The translations under genes and the position numbers were made by a program. The notes beneath the pieces are model-generated. The model ran no database searches and was not told the origin of the DNA. It saw nothing but the letters and a program-made list of their open reading frames with translations. DNA of 63,904 nucleotides, the filler included, from Folioceros fuciformis (taxonomy: Eukaryota): NCBI GenBank assembly GCA_049999805.1. It is 6 parts of 6 records of this genome, joined end to end, with 100 filler letters (N's around TTAATTAATTAA, not from the genome) between each part and the next. Parts side by side here need not be neighbours in the genome. Positions count along the whole stretch, not along the records: positions 32,495 to 44,721 come from JBNGIO010004582.1; positions 44,822 to 57,993 come from JBNGIO010004584.1; 4 more parts are not named here. The stretch is one strand, 5' to 3'. Positions 34,556 to 45,928 of the stretch are shown here, one piece after another (the stretch's first letter is position 1; the number at the start of each line of letters is the position of its first letter).

Positions 34556-37500
34556 ATGGCCGAACAAGTTGAGAGCAGCAGATCCGTACCCGATGATGCA
34601 ATTTATCTACACCAAAATTGATTCAGTACCACATCAAGAGAGCTATCCTGCGCTATCGGTTTGGACGATGCAACACCAGGGGAGACAGAGAGATACATGG
34701 TGGCCGACGATGAGGACCTTTGTAACAATGACAACATTGGTGACCATCCAGATGAAGATGATGCTGAAGAGGCCTTTGCCCAAGAGGCCAACGCCGAAGA
34801 CAAACCAAACGAAGATGACAAAGACCAGAATGTCTTCCAAGAATTGGCCAGCAAAGGAGCATTGAAGCGGTCCTCAAGTTCATCCAAGAAGCAGAGTGCT
34901 GAGAGTTTACTTCAAAGTCTTGATGCTCTTGGGAGAGAATCGAATACAGCCAGAAGAACAGTAATGGTTGAGGAAGATGAACTAGATGTTCCACAAGAAG
35001 AAGACCTAGACCTCCAAGTCATAGTCGCAGACTCACTCGGGGGGCGCAAGAGCAAGGGAAAGAGGAGGACTGGTTGAAAGAAAAAAGATGTCAGTGTAGA
35101 CAAAGAACCTCCATTGAGACGTGTTATCACGAAGGCTGTTCTCACGGATAGCGATAGGGTGGGTAGGACATTGCAGCACAATGACCCAATCAACTTGGTG
35201 CGGGAATTTGCTCATCAGAAACGATGTATTCCACACACAAACATGGTTGCCATCAACATGCTTCAACCAGCGGACTACTTGATAAAAGATGTGCAAATAC
35301 ACCGGGTCGACGAGTCGTGGGGGAAACACTTACTAAGAGAGATAAAGAAGGGGCCGGTACAGGAGGGCGTCTTGCCCTTACTGTGTATGATCGACCCAAA
35401 AGAGTGCTTATCGATACCTGACTTCGACCGAGAGAAATTGAAGAAGCAGAAGTACACAATGGGTGTACTCGGAGGCAACCACAGCTTCTACGCATTTCAA
35501 TGACTATATGCAGAGGACCCAAAAAACTCACACTTCCAATACATGGAGGCGCACATATACGGAGGCCTTACCTAGAAGGGAATGCGATACCTCGCAATAG
35601 ATCACAATGTGAAGGCAGACATCTAGAAGAAAATGTCATTCATCGAACAAGTCCGCAACATCCATGATGAGCTGAAAATTGCAGCCGAGCAAAGAGTGTC
35701 TATAACAATGATATGGAAGTATGACATGTATAGAATGTTGGGAGTAATCGAAGATGCCAATGATAGAGATGAGAAGCAACGGCTTGTAGTCCAAAAGACA
35801 ACTGTGCTTTGTATTGCAAGTGTCCACCTCATGTCTAGGAAAGGGTGGATGAGGTTTTTTGCTTGTGGGAGAGAGGGGAACTCCTTGAACAAGGAAACAA
35901 GAAGAAGGCAAGCAAATAAGGCAAATCTAGGAGAACAAATGCAAATGTGGAGTCCTCAGTCCGTGACCCTAACCTTATTATAAAACCTAGGCATGCGATT
36001 GCATGGAGAGTTTTCTAGGGCAAGCCACCTGGAGAAGCGGGAGATCGTACCATGATGTCTGCATTGGAGAAAATTGTCAAGGGAGAACTTACTGTTAGAG
36101 GGATGAAGACCTGGATAACAAAAGCAAAAAGTTAAATATCATTCAAACNNNNNNNNNNNNNNNNNNNNNNNNNNNNNNNNNNNNNNNNNNNNNNNNNNNN
36201 NNNNNNNNNNNNNNNNNNNNNNNNNNNNNNNNNNNNNNNNNNNNNNNNGCGCATCTTTTGTAGAAGTGGAGGAAGAGTATCCCAAGCATTCGACACCAAA
36301 GGACATCGCCAAATTTCAGCCTGTTTTTGACCACATTGTAAGGAGGGTTTTCTGCAAGTTATTGGTTTTTGTGAATGGCGCACACTTGTGTGCACCATTC
36401 ACATGCTATGATTTAACACGTACGTTGGCTGGTATGCAGACGTTGAAATAAGCTAAGGAGTAGATAATTCCCTATAGCTTCAAAGAGCGGATAAACGTAT
36501 TCAAGAATTGGAAACGAGTGGAAGACCTTCAACGCGAACTCGTAGAGGAGGACAACAATGCTAAATTATCAACATTCCAAGTATGAAGCAACAAGTAGAA
36601 AGTGAAGTACCAGGTGATTACTGGTGATTTGCAAGAAATGGCGAGGTACTTGGGAAAGTGGGAGTACAAACTGCTTATCTTGGATCTTCCATGGGGGAAC
36701 TACAGTGAAGCATGGGACAAGGAGCTTTTTGCAGAAGACTTGGAAAAAATATTGGAAGGGTTTTTAAAAGTTATTAAGAGTCAGACCTTGTAGGTAGTAC
36801 GCCTTCACAGTTGTGCGTCCAAGTGCTGTACTCTGGATGTAGCTTGAGCTATGGATAATCAGATTTTTTTCTTCGCGGACAAAAAAAAGTATGCATGTAT
36901 GAGCCGAATCGGATGCAAGTCATGAGAGACGGGCTACGAAAGTGGTGAACGAAACGGGGCGTGTACACAACAGTTTGGGAGAAGGATAATGTTATCGTAG
37001 AAGAGGGGATATACAAAAATTGCGAATTCATGACACATGGTTATGGTGTTCATCCAATGAATGAAGATATTCGGAAAAACAGTGCTCTGAGCAATAGTGC
37101 GGCCAAAGACATTGGAGCGATGCCTGGTATCATAAAGCACAATGCCATCATCAAGAAACTATTGAACGTATTGAATGACAGGCGAGTTGTCAATCCCTAT
37201 CAAAAGCCCCTTGGTTTAATGGTGCTCCTTTTCGGTCTCTTTAGCGATAGAGGTGAATGTGTGATTGATGGGTGTGCCGAAAGTAGAAGTGAAGTGCTTG
37301 CCTCAATTTTGGAAGGGTGGACCTGTATAGCCATCGATGTAGAGCAGCGGCACACTATCTTCATCGAGCAGAGAATAACTGGGCACGAAGTGTTTCCATT
37401 GGATGAGGAGGAGTTGACGACCAAGCCGCATAATAGGGGCCACTCTATATTCTTTGCTCGTGAGGTTGCAAGCGGAAGGTCAGTTAGACCAAGAGCTCAA

Positions 37501-37731
37501 ACATTGTAAATGGTGCAGGGGAACACTGCACCTCTGGATCTGCAAGAACTCAGCCAATCTCAAGGGCACGTAAAGAAGAAGAGCAAGGGGAAAAGAAATG
37601 AGAGAGTGAACACTAAAGGTCAAGATAAAGGGAAGGGACTGGAAGAACAGCTCGGTGATGAGCCATGGGAGCCAGACCATTTTGAGACATTCTCAACCGC
37701 AGCTTCACCAGGAAGATTGGCAAACAAGTAA
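34556..37731 (+). pseudogene. Decayed gene: acidic N-terminus + ParB-like domain + beta-class amino (N6A/N4C) DNA methyltransferase
   Basis: One frame from ATG 34556 to ~35980 with scattered stops, containing VLGGNHS...YLAIDHN..MSFIEQV. After a 100-N gap: VITGD, LLILDLPWG (motif IV), TTVWEK, NPYQKPLGL (motif X), VIDGCAESRS (motif I), CIAIDVE (motif II). Confidence 0.75.
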
Positions 37732-38289
37732 GACGAGGCAAGTATGGCTAGGGTCAATGAGGAGGGAGGGAATGACATTATTGTGCCCATGATAGAATAA
37801 CCAGAATCTCCGCGATTTTAAGGGTAGGAATCGTTGAGAGGTAAGATGGGAAGTTTTTTATATCGAAGGCGCATGGTTGAGAGTGCCTTAGAATTCGCTA
37901 CTCAACATTGAGTGTGTATTTTATAAAACACTAATGGACAACATATGTTTGTCATGACGAGACCTCCCATGAAAGTAGTTGTTTTAAATGCGGGGGAGGC
38001 TTGTGGTCGACGGTCGCTAACACTATATGTGCACGTTTTTAGCTTGTAATGTGATGACCTCTAGCTGTTGGAAAAGACGAAAGGTGGCTTTCAGGAGGAA
38101 GCCGATATTTCAAGTGACATTTTATAAGGACTTGGGCTAGGCAACCTTGAATTTTTTTCCCCCCTTTGTTCAAGTTTAAGGGAAGCCAATGTGGGAAAGC
38201 CTTTAGAGCAGACGCGAGGAAGGGAATAGTTGACAACACTTGGATAAGCACAATATAGCCAATGGAGAGTTGGATGTATTCTTACGTAA

Positions 38290-39065
38290 GTTGTCTCTTC
38301 TATGATGTTTTTCTTGATCTCTTGAATTGATCTTACTTTAGGGGTCTATTCTACAACCTTTTGCTTGGTCTCCTTAAGTGATCTTACTTTATGGATCTTA
38401 TTTATGATGTTTTGGTTGATCACTTGAAGTGATCTTATTTTAGTGGTTTCTTTTATGAGGTTTTGCTTGATATCCTAAAGTGATCTTACTTTAGGGATCT
38501 CTTCTATGACATTCTATTGGATCTCTTGAAGTGATCTTACTTTAGGAATTTCTTCTATGACATTCTATTAGATCTCTTGAAGTGATCTTACTTTAGAGAT
38601 TTCTTCTATGACATTCTATTAGATNNNNNNNNNNNNNNNNNNNNNNNNNNNNNNNNNNNNNNNNNNNNNNNNNNNNNNNNNNNNNNNNNNNNNNNNNNNN
38701 NNNNNNNNNNNNNNNNNNNNNNNNTGAAGTGATCTTACTTTAGAGATTTCTTCTATGACATTCTATTAGATCTCCCGAAGTGATCTTAGTATAGGGGTCT
38801 CTTCTATGATGTTAAGGTGTCTTTTATATGATGGTAAGGTGTCTCTTCTTTAACGTTCTGCTTGATCTCCTGAAGTGATCTTACTTTAGAGATTTCTTCT
38901 ATGACATTCTATTAGATCTCCCGAAGTGATCTTAGTTTAGGGGTCTCTTCTATGATGGTAAGGTGTCTCTTCTTTAACATTCTGCTTGATCTCCTGAAGT
39001 GATCTTACTTTAGGGGTCTCTTCCATGACGTTCTACTTGATCTCATAAAGTGATCTTACTTTAAG
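38290..39065. repeat. 51-bp tandem repeat array spanning an N-gap
   Basis: Core gtgatcttacttta recurs at 51-bp spacing (e.g. 38480, 38531, 38582), with some units expanded by short insertions. Confidence 0.92.
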
Positions 39066-39823
39066 CTTCCTTGATGTTCTTCATGACCACAAAATTAGCT
39101 TGAATGTGCCTCTTCCTTATTGACTCTTTCTCTCGAGCCTTGGTCCATGGTTTATTATCCATAGATGTGGACACATATTCCTTGTGATTTGTCATTTTGG
39201 TTTACTATTGCTGCAACTTCAGCAGCAAGAGTCTAGTCATGTTGAGACTGCTTTCAATGTCTCGAGTTGAGGTAAAGATTTTCCAAGTTCCATAACATCC
39301 ATACCTTTCCTTCATTTTGATTCTTGTTATAATTACTATAGAATGTCACAAGGATATATAGTTAACAACCATTTTTCTTTTATCTTAGTAAACATTAAAT
39401 ATTCACAAAATCCTACATTGTAGAAGAGTATAAGGATGGCCCTTCCTTAGGTTATCCTAAACCTGTAATGCTACTTCACTTTGATAGAAGTACCATAATC
39501 CAGTTATAAAAGTAGAAAATATTTTACAATAAAATAGATAAAATAAGTAACGTCTGGAGTAGACGATGATAGCCCCACGTCTTTTATGACATACATATAC
39601 TAGGTACTAGTTAAATACAAATATCGTATAGAATAACTCGAGCGAGGCATGATAAGACGTGGACCTCTGATCAAGCTGCGTAGTGACTTAAAACCCACCT
39701 CAAAACCTGGTGAGGCCGTGCAGGCACTGAGGACAACGAAGTACTCAAGCTCAGAGATCAAGTGTGGCTGGCAAGAGAGCACATGAAACTGAGGGACTGT
39801 GTTGGCTGTCCTCCAGGCTCAAT

Positions 39824-42800
39824 TCACGCAGGAGGGCACGTCCAGGCCGAGGCAGTGAAGAGGCACAGATTCTTCCAGCCCAGTTTCAGAGTGCCTCTCT
39901 GCTCCGCTAGGGTGTAACCCTCTCCAGCAAACATCCCGAGCAGCAAAGCTGCTTGAGTAGCAGCGTTGCCACTCAAGGACACAGCCTGGAATCCAGCTTG
40001 AGCAAGATGCTCGGTCCACCGGTCGAATTTCACCTCCCCGGTGCGAGCAGGACCTCCCACTGCCAGAATATTCTTGATTTCGCAGCTCAGCAGCTGCTGC
40101 TCCACGATGTGCCGCTCCGCGTGGTCCTCCGGGTAAGATGCCAGGGAATCGAACAATGCAGAGTAGTAGTGCAGGGCTTCCACGAACCTGTTTAGAAATG
40201 TGCCAGCGTGGCTCAGATCCTGCTCCACTATTGTGACCACCTGGAAGGAAGGCGGACAGTATGTGTCAAGGTCTGCAATGTGGGTGTGACATGCATATTG
40301 TGTGCGTGCTATGAAGTGTGGAAGGGAGTTCTGATGGTTTTGGTGGTAGTACCTTGGGGCGAAGACTGTGGAGGAGAGCCAAGGTGCGGGTGTCGGATCC
40401 TGTGACATCGTAGAGAGAATGATGGAGCCAGTGGATGGCCACTGTATCTCCTGGGCACACCCTGAGCGCTCGGGCGTCGAGGTTGCCCACCCGGTCCGCC
40501 ACTGGGAAGAACTGGAAGGGCAGGCCAAGGGTGAGAGCAAAGTCGGAGAGCCTTCTCCCTGTGGCTTCCAGCGCTTCCTTGCTGGTGCCTAGACCAGTGA
40601 TCTTGAGGTGGGGCGGCCCACCAGGTCTGGAAGCAAGGATGTGGAACAGGGCTGGCCACTGGAGGCCCTGCATGATGTCGAGATCAATGATATGAACTCT
40701 GTCTTCTCCCTCAAAGGCCTCCAGGATAGCCTGGTTGGATGTGAAATGCGAGAATTTCACAAACGGACAGACATCGTTGAAGACTTGGAATGCAGCCACA
40801 ATGTTGTGGTTGGTAATGAGTTGAATGCCAGGCAGCGGAGGGCATACCCCCAAGCAAGAGCTGATGAGCCTGCTTGCCATTGCTTCTGCGAAGTATGCTG
40901 CAACTCTGTGCACAGAGTTGCCATATGGAGAGGCCAGCTCCGAGAGCTGAGGCAGGATGATATTGGCCTCGTCCAGGTTGTCGTTGGACACTGCCTCGGC
41001 ACACTGCAGCAGCAGGCCGATGAGATGCAGGCCCTCACTGTCGCAGGCAGGGGTGGCGACGTCCGCCATGGTAGTGTCACAATCGGAGGATACCCCAGTA
41101 CCTTGTCCTGCACTGTTCTTACCCTCTGCGTGGGCTGCAGTGGCTGCCATGGAGTGGTGGTGGCTTTCCTCAGCTGCCGTCGGAGTTTTTTGAGCCATGG
41201 ACGTCCTGAGGACAGCTAGTGGACTGCCATCGGAATTGGGATTTTGCGTGTCGGCAGCTGCAACAACGGACTGATGACGATCCGCCATGTTGGAGTTTTG
41301 ATCAGGACTCAACATCTTCTGATTGTTGTTGTTAGCAGGTGAGGATCCCTGTGCCGGTTTGAGAGCCGCAGCATCTGCACCCTTGGACCCAGCTGGTGAT
41401 TCAGACGACTGTTTGTAGTGGTGAGCGCGGTTCATCCTGTTGGAATCTGAAATCTCCTTCAACGGGTCGATGTACACCCCATCCCTATTCTGTATCTGGG
41501 ACTGGTGTAGCTGCTGCCGCTGCTGCCCCAAGGACGAAGGCATCCTCTGATCTTGCCCGAACCCCGCAGCTTGTTGATACACAACTCGCCGTCCGTCATC
41601 CACGCCCTGCCCGACCTGCGAGCTGCTCCGAGAGCTCATGCTGGACATTTCCTGCTGCCCCATCCGGGAATCTCCCCGCGGGCTGGCACCAGAAGTGACA
41701 CTCTCTGGTGGTGACCGGACCAGGGTCTGGTGCGGCACTGAGGAGTTGCGACGGCCAGTAGGGCTCATGCACCTCTCGCCCTGGAGCTCTGAAGCAGACA
41801 GTCGAGGACTTGCAGCAAGCTCCGACTGCTGTGGAACGGTTACCTGATAGATTGCACGCTCAACTTCCGGCCGCTTGTCCCCCTGGTAGCCTGTAGTCCG
41901 ACCTGGGGTACTGATGGACTCATGCTGCATGTGCATGGTCTGCTGCACCACTTCTCCCCGGTGCTGCGGGAACAGAGCTCCCAGGTGCTGCAAAAGCCTG
42001 GCCGCATCGCCTGCCGCCAGTTGCTGCTGGTGCTGCTGATGCTGCGGTTGGAGGGAAAGCTTGAGACGGTCGGTACTACGTGTGTCCATCTCCATGAATG
42101 CATGCTGGCCTTGCCCCTGGTGGGTGATGTGAGTCCCATAGCCAGCAGAGAGGACATTGGTGAAGGCCGCCTCCCTCCTGCGCTTGAGAGGGCCCCTTCG
42201 TGGGTCTGGGCAGAAGCGATTGCGGTGATGAGGAGGCACATGGAAGTGGTTGTGCTGAGGAGCGGGAGCCTGAGTGCTGAAACAGTTGTTGTTGCTGTAT
42301 CGGCTTCCCCCGTCGTCAGAGAAGGCGACAACGGCGTTGTTGTTGTTGTTGTTGTTGCCGTGGACGGCATAGCCTCTGCCTCTGCCGTAGTAGTCAGATC
42401 GCAGGCGGGAGACGATGAGCGGGCCCAAATGTGGATTGCACTGCGACAGCGTCTCGTACACAGACCGCAGCAGCTGGTGGACGGGGATAGTGGGCATCAC
42501 CTCCATGAACTCGCTCATGATCCCGTCCAGCCAGGCCACCATGGCCGCCTCGTCCATGCTCTGCACGCTTCCGGTGCTCCCCAAACTAGTGTTCCCCTGC
42601 TCATCCCGCTCCATCTCCATAATCTGCTGCCTAACAGCAGTAGTTCCCATCTCCTGCCCATGGAAAAAGCCCAGCTGCTGCTGCTGAAGCCCGGCAGCGG
42701 ATGCTGCGAAGTTGGCGTTGAAATGGTAGCCGAGGTGAGGGAGCGGGGCGCGGGGAGCAGGGTCCCTGCAGTGCCCCGGTCCGCAGGGAAGAGAGTAGTC

Positions 42801-43385
42801 AAGGGAAGAAGAAGGAAGCGATCCCGGGAAGGAAATGTGGGAGGAATTGGAATCCAGGGAAGGCACAGCGTGCATCTGCATGCCATTGCTGAAAACTGTG
42901 GGCAGTGCCTGGGAAGAGGGAGAGAGGCCTGACCAGAAGGCAGCGGCGCCCGGAGCAGAAGCGGCAGCAAGAGCAGCATTGGCATTGGCGCTGGCGGCAG
43001 CGTCGCCCGGAGCGTCATGGGTGTCGGAGGTGATGACGCTAACGGAGGCAGCTGAGGCCGGGGAGGAAGACCCCGAGGCCGCGGTTGAGTCGAGACACCA
43101 GGGGCGGGGGAGCGAGCCCAAATCCAGCAGCGAGATCGGGCAGTGCGAGAGCGGGCGCGCGCGGTTGGGACCATCCACCTCCGCCTCGGCCGAGTCGTTG
43201 CTGTGGCAGGCGCTCGACACGTCGCTGAGATCGGTGCGTGCAGCGGCGGCCATGGCTAGCGAAGGCCCGCCGTCATGCAAGGTGTGCGAAAGGTCCCAGG
43301 TGCAGCCCAGGGCAGCGGCAGCCGCAGCCGCGGCCTGGTACGCGAGCGCTTGCTGCGACGTCCAGTTGCAGAAGGCGGCTGCCAT
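39824..43385 (-). CDS. SCR: GRAS transcription factor SCARECROW (exons 43385-40353, 40240-39824)
   Basis: [65 protein letters not shown]. Also the SCR-type N-terminal AWLDGIM..CNPHLG motif and a single intron after RPK. Confidence 0.95.
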
Positions 43386-44626
43386 GATCGAGGTCGTTCA
43401 CGCCCCGAATTGCCGTGCCCTGCTGTGCCCCCGTTTGGCGTGTGCCGAGCACGAGGCCGCCACCACCATGTCCCTTCTCTCCCTGTTACAATCACAGGTA
43501 GGAGAAGAGTGTGAAGGCGAGCTTGGGCTTGATCTTCCATGACAAAGCAAGCAGAGAAACAAGCAAACCAAGGAGGGAGAAGAGGAAGGAGAGCAAGCGA
43601 GTAGCAAAGGAAAGGAGAAGAAGGAGGACGTGGTGGTGCATGGCAGAGAGACAGAGAGCGACTTGACATACCTGGGAGCGCCGCGGTGGAAGCAGGGAGG
43701 GGGCCTGGCGTGGAGGAGCGCGGCGGAGTCCCGATTCCGCCCCCCACGGGTGCGGGCTGAGTTTTGTGGAGGAATCGAATGAGGAGACAGAAACAAGCCC
43801 GGAGGAGTGCCGGTCCCGGACGCTCCGGCCTTTCCCTCTAGACATAGAGAGTGGATGGAGCGGCAGCAGGGAGTACAATCGAAGGGCTCTCACAACCCGG
43901 GCCTGCCCTGCCCTGCCCAGCCCTGCCCGGCCCGTACACCGCCGGACCCTAGCTGCCCTGCTGCTCTTGGCAAGCTCTTGTGCTCTGCGTTTGGCCCTTG
44001 CATTTGCCATCTGCCTGGAGCACTCGGCCTGCGCCTGCGCCTGCCTTGTACTCTAGTACGAGACGCAGGAATCAAATGTGGCGGCACCGGCCCCAGCCGG
44101 GGCACCGGCACTCGGCAGCCTTGTCATTTGGTGCCATTTAGGTACCCATTCCCATTTCTTTAATACTTTCCCCTCCCCCACTCGCCCCGCCTTGAAAGTG
44201 GGAGCAGGACAGGACGAGGAACGAAAAGACTGGGCTTTGGGGACAGGAGGGAAAAAGGAATTCATGCTGTTGGGGCAATGAATAACCAGTGGTGCAACAA
44301 CAACACCTGATGACATGTGAAAAAAGCTCCTCTCCTTTGATCTCGCCTTCTGTTTTTCTTCCTTCACCTGATTTCCGCTTTGCTGCTGCAGCTGCTCCTG
44401 CCCCGCTCCTGCTGATCCTGGCCCGCTCCTGTTGATCCTGCCCCGCTCCTGCTCCTCCTGTTGGTGGCCGCTCTCGAGCCCAGGGTACGGGGGGAGTCCG
44501 GCCTTTGCCCTTGTGCGGATGGAGTTTTGCAAGTGTTGGTATCCTTACAAGTCGATGATGATGGCCGAGCCCGGCCAGGAACTAGGCAGCTGTCAGGGCG
44601 GAGGCGGAAGCTGGCATCGGAGGGAG

Positions 44627-44677
44627 AGCCAGAGCCGGAACCAGAACCAGAACTAGAACCAGAACTAGAACCAGAGC
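44627..44677. repeat. (AGAACC/AGAGCC/AGAACT)n hexamer microsatellite
   Basis: gccagagccggaaccagaaccagaactagaaccagaactagaaccagagcc. Confidence 0.7.
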
Positions 44678-45928
44678 CCGATCAGAGCGGAATCAAGGAT
44701 CCCCGCTGCGAATAGCAGAGANNNNNNNNNNNNNNNNNNNNNNNNNNNNNNNNNNNNNNNNNNNNTTAATTAATTAANNNNNNNNNNNNNNNNNNNNNNN
44801 NNNNNNNNNNNNNNNNNNNNNACGCACTCGGGGATTCAAAGTGAAAGACACTGCGCTGCGAAGGATACCTGGTTTTCGCACTCTAAACGTTCCATTCCCC
44901 TAAGGACCACTCGATCGTTTTCATTCCCCATTGCAGACTTGCGTGAACTCTGGTTCTTGCACAAGAGACAAATACGCAGCACCACTTAGAGGATACAGCT
45001 TCCCGTATCAAGGAGTATTTGGAAGCTACAGCTCGTTTGGAAGATGCAAGCAGCAAAGAGCACTGAATTAATCACGTCAGCCTTCGCGCTCCTCACCAGT
45101 TTACGAATTGGAATGAGCGGGGAAAAGAAATCGGATATTCAGCTTTGTCGTTGTGGATGGGAACACCTACAATTATTGAGAACTTGTTTGTTAATATCGC
45201 TTCAAAACTCACTCAACCATGGAAGACCCTTGTGGTCAGGCTGTCACTAGACAATCTGCTTCGAGACAAATGTGACTGCCTTGTATCCTCGTTCTTTGCT
45301 GGATACCACCATTACAGCCTGTTCTATTACGTGACCATGAGATAGGTCCATTTGCTAACATAAACGCAGAACCTAAAGCAAATCTTTCTTCAACACCAAG
45401 TCAACATTTGATGTTCCTTTAAATTAGCTTGGCCTTGCAAGATTGTGTGCAGGAAGGAAAATAAGTCCAACGATGGCTGTATGCATAGCCATCATGGTCA
45501 AACTACCAAGATGGCCTTGCCTCCCAAGATGTCCTTGCCTCCCAAGAAGGCTGAAATGAAATTGAAAGCAGACCCTCCTCACAGAACTTGTCCGTGTAGG
45601 ACCGCCTCGTCCTTTCCCAATAAAGGCATATATATCGAACCGTAGCAGATGGTTGCACGAAATCGTGTCCAAATCATCCCGGTAGCCCACTTCGACATAC
45701 ACGCCCTTTCCTAAGTTTCGATTATTTCAGTTAATCAGTAAGTAAAGTGTGCTCACGTTAGACCCGTCCACCTCCTTGCAGTAAGTACATATATGGGAAA
45801 CCGTTCGACACGAGCTGTCCGTGGCGCCGGGCTGCGGCAGCTGCATGGGAAAGCTATGAGCTGCGGCACCGGAGGTGCTGAAGCTTCGCGCGTGGTGGCA
45901 GCGCTCTAGGGCTGTTGCCGTCGGTAGC

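Noticed and set aside
34556-37731. Bacterial contamination as the source of the MTase gene
   Set aside because: Many nonsense codons, a probable GT-AG intron, no operon-like neighbours, and a shared scaffold piece with SCR; not fully excluded until the gaps are closed.
33498-39065. Tandem arrays near the MTase as CRISPR arrays
   Set aside because: Head-to-tail units with no unique spacers, no cas genes, and a eukaryotic context.
40368-43542. Multiple plus-strand ORFs (up to 336 aa) opposite SCR
   Set aside because: Antisense shadows of a GC-rich, low-complexity exon.
45505-45550. 18-bp repeat encoding PKMALP-PKMSLP-PKK
   Set aside because: Only ~2.5 copies, with no supportable gene model around it.
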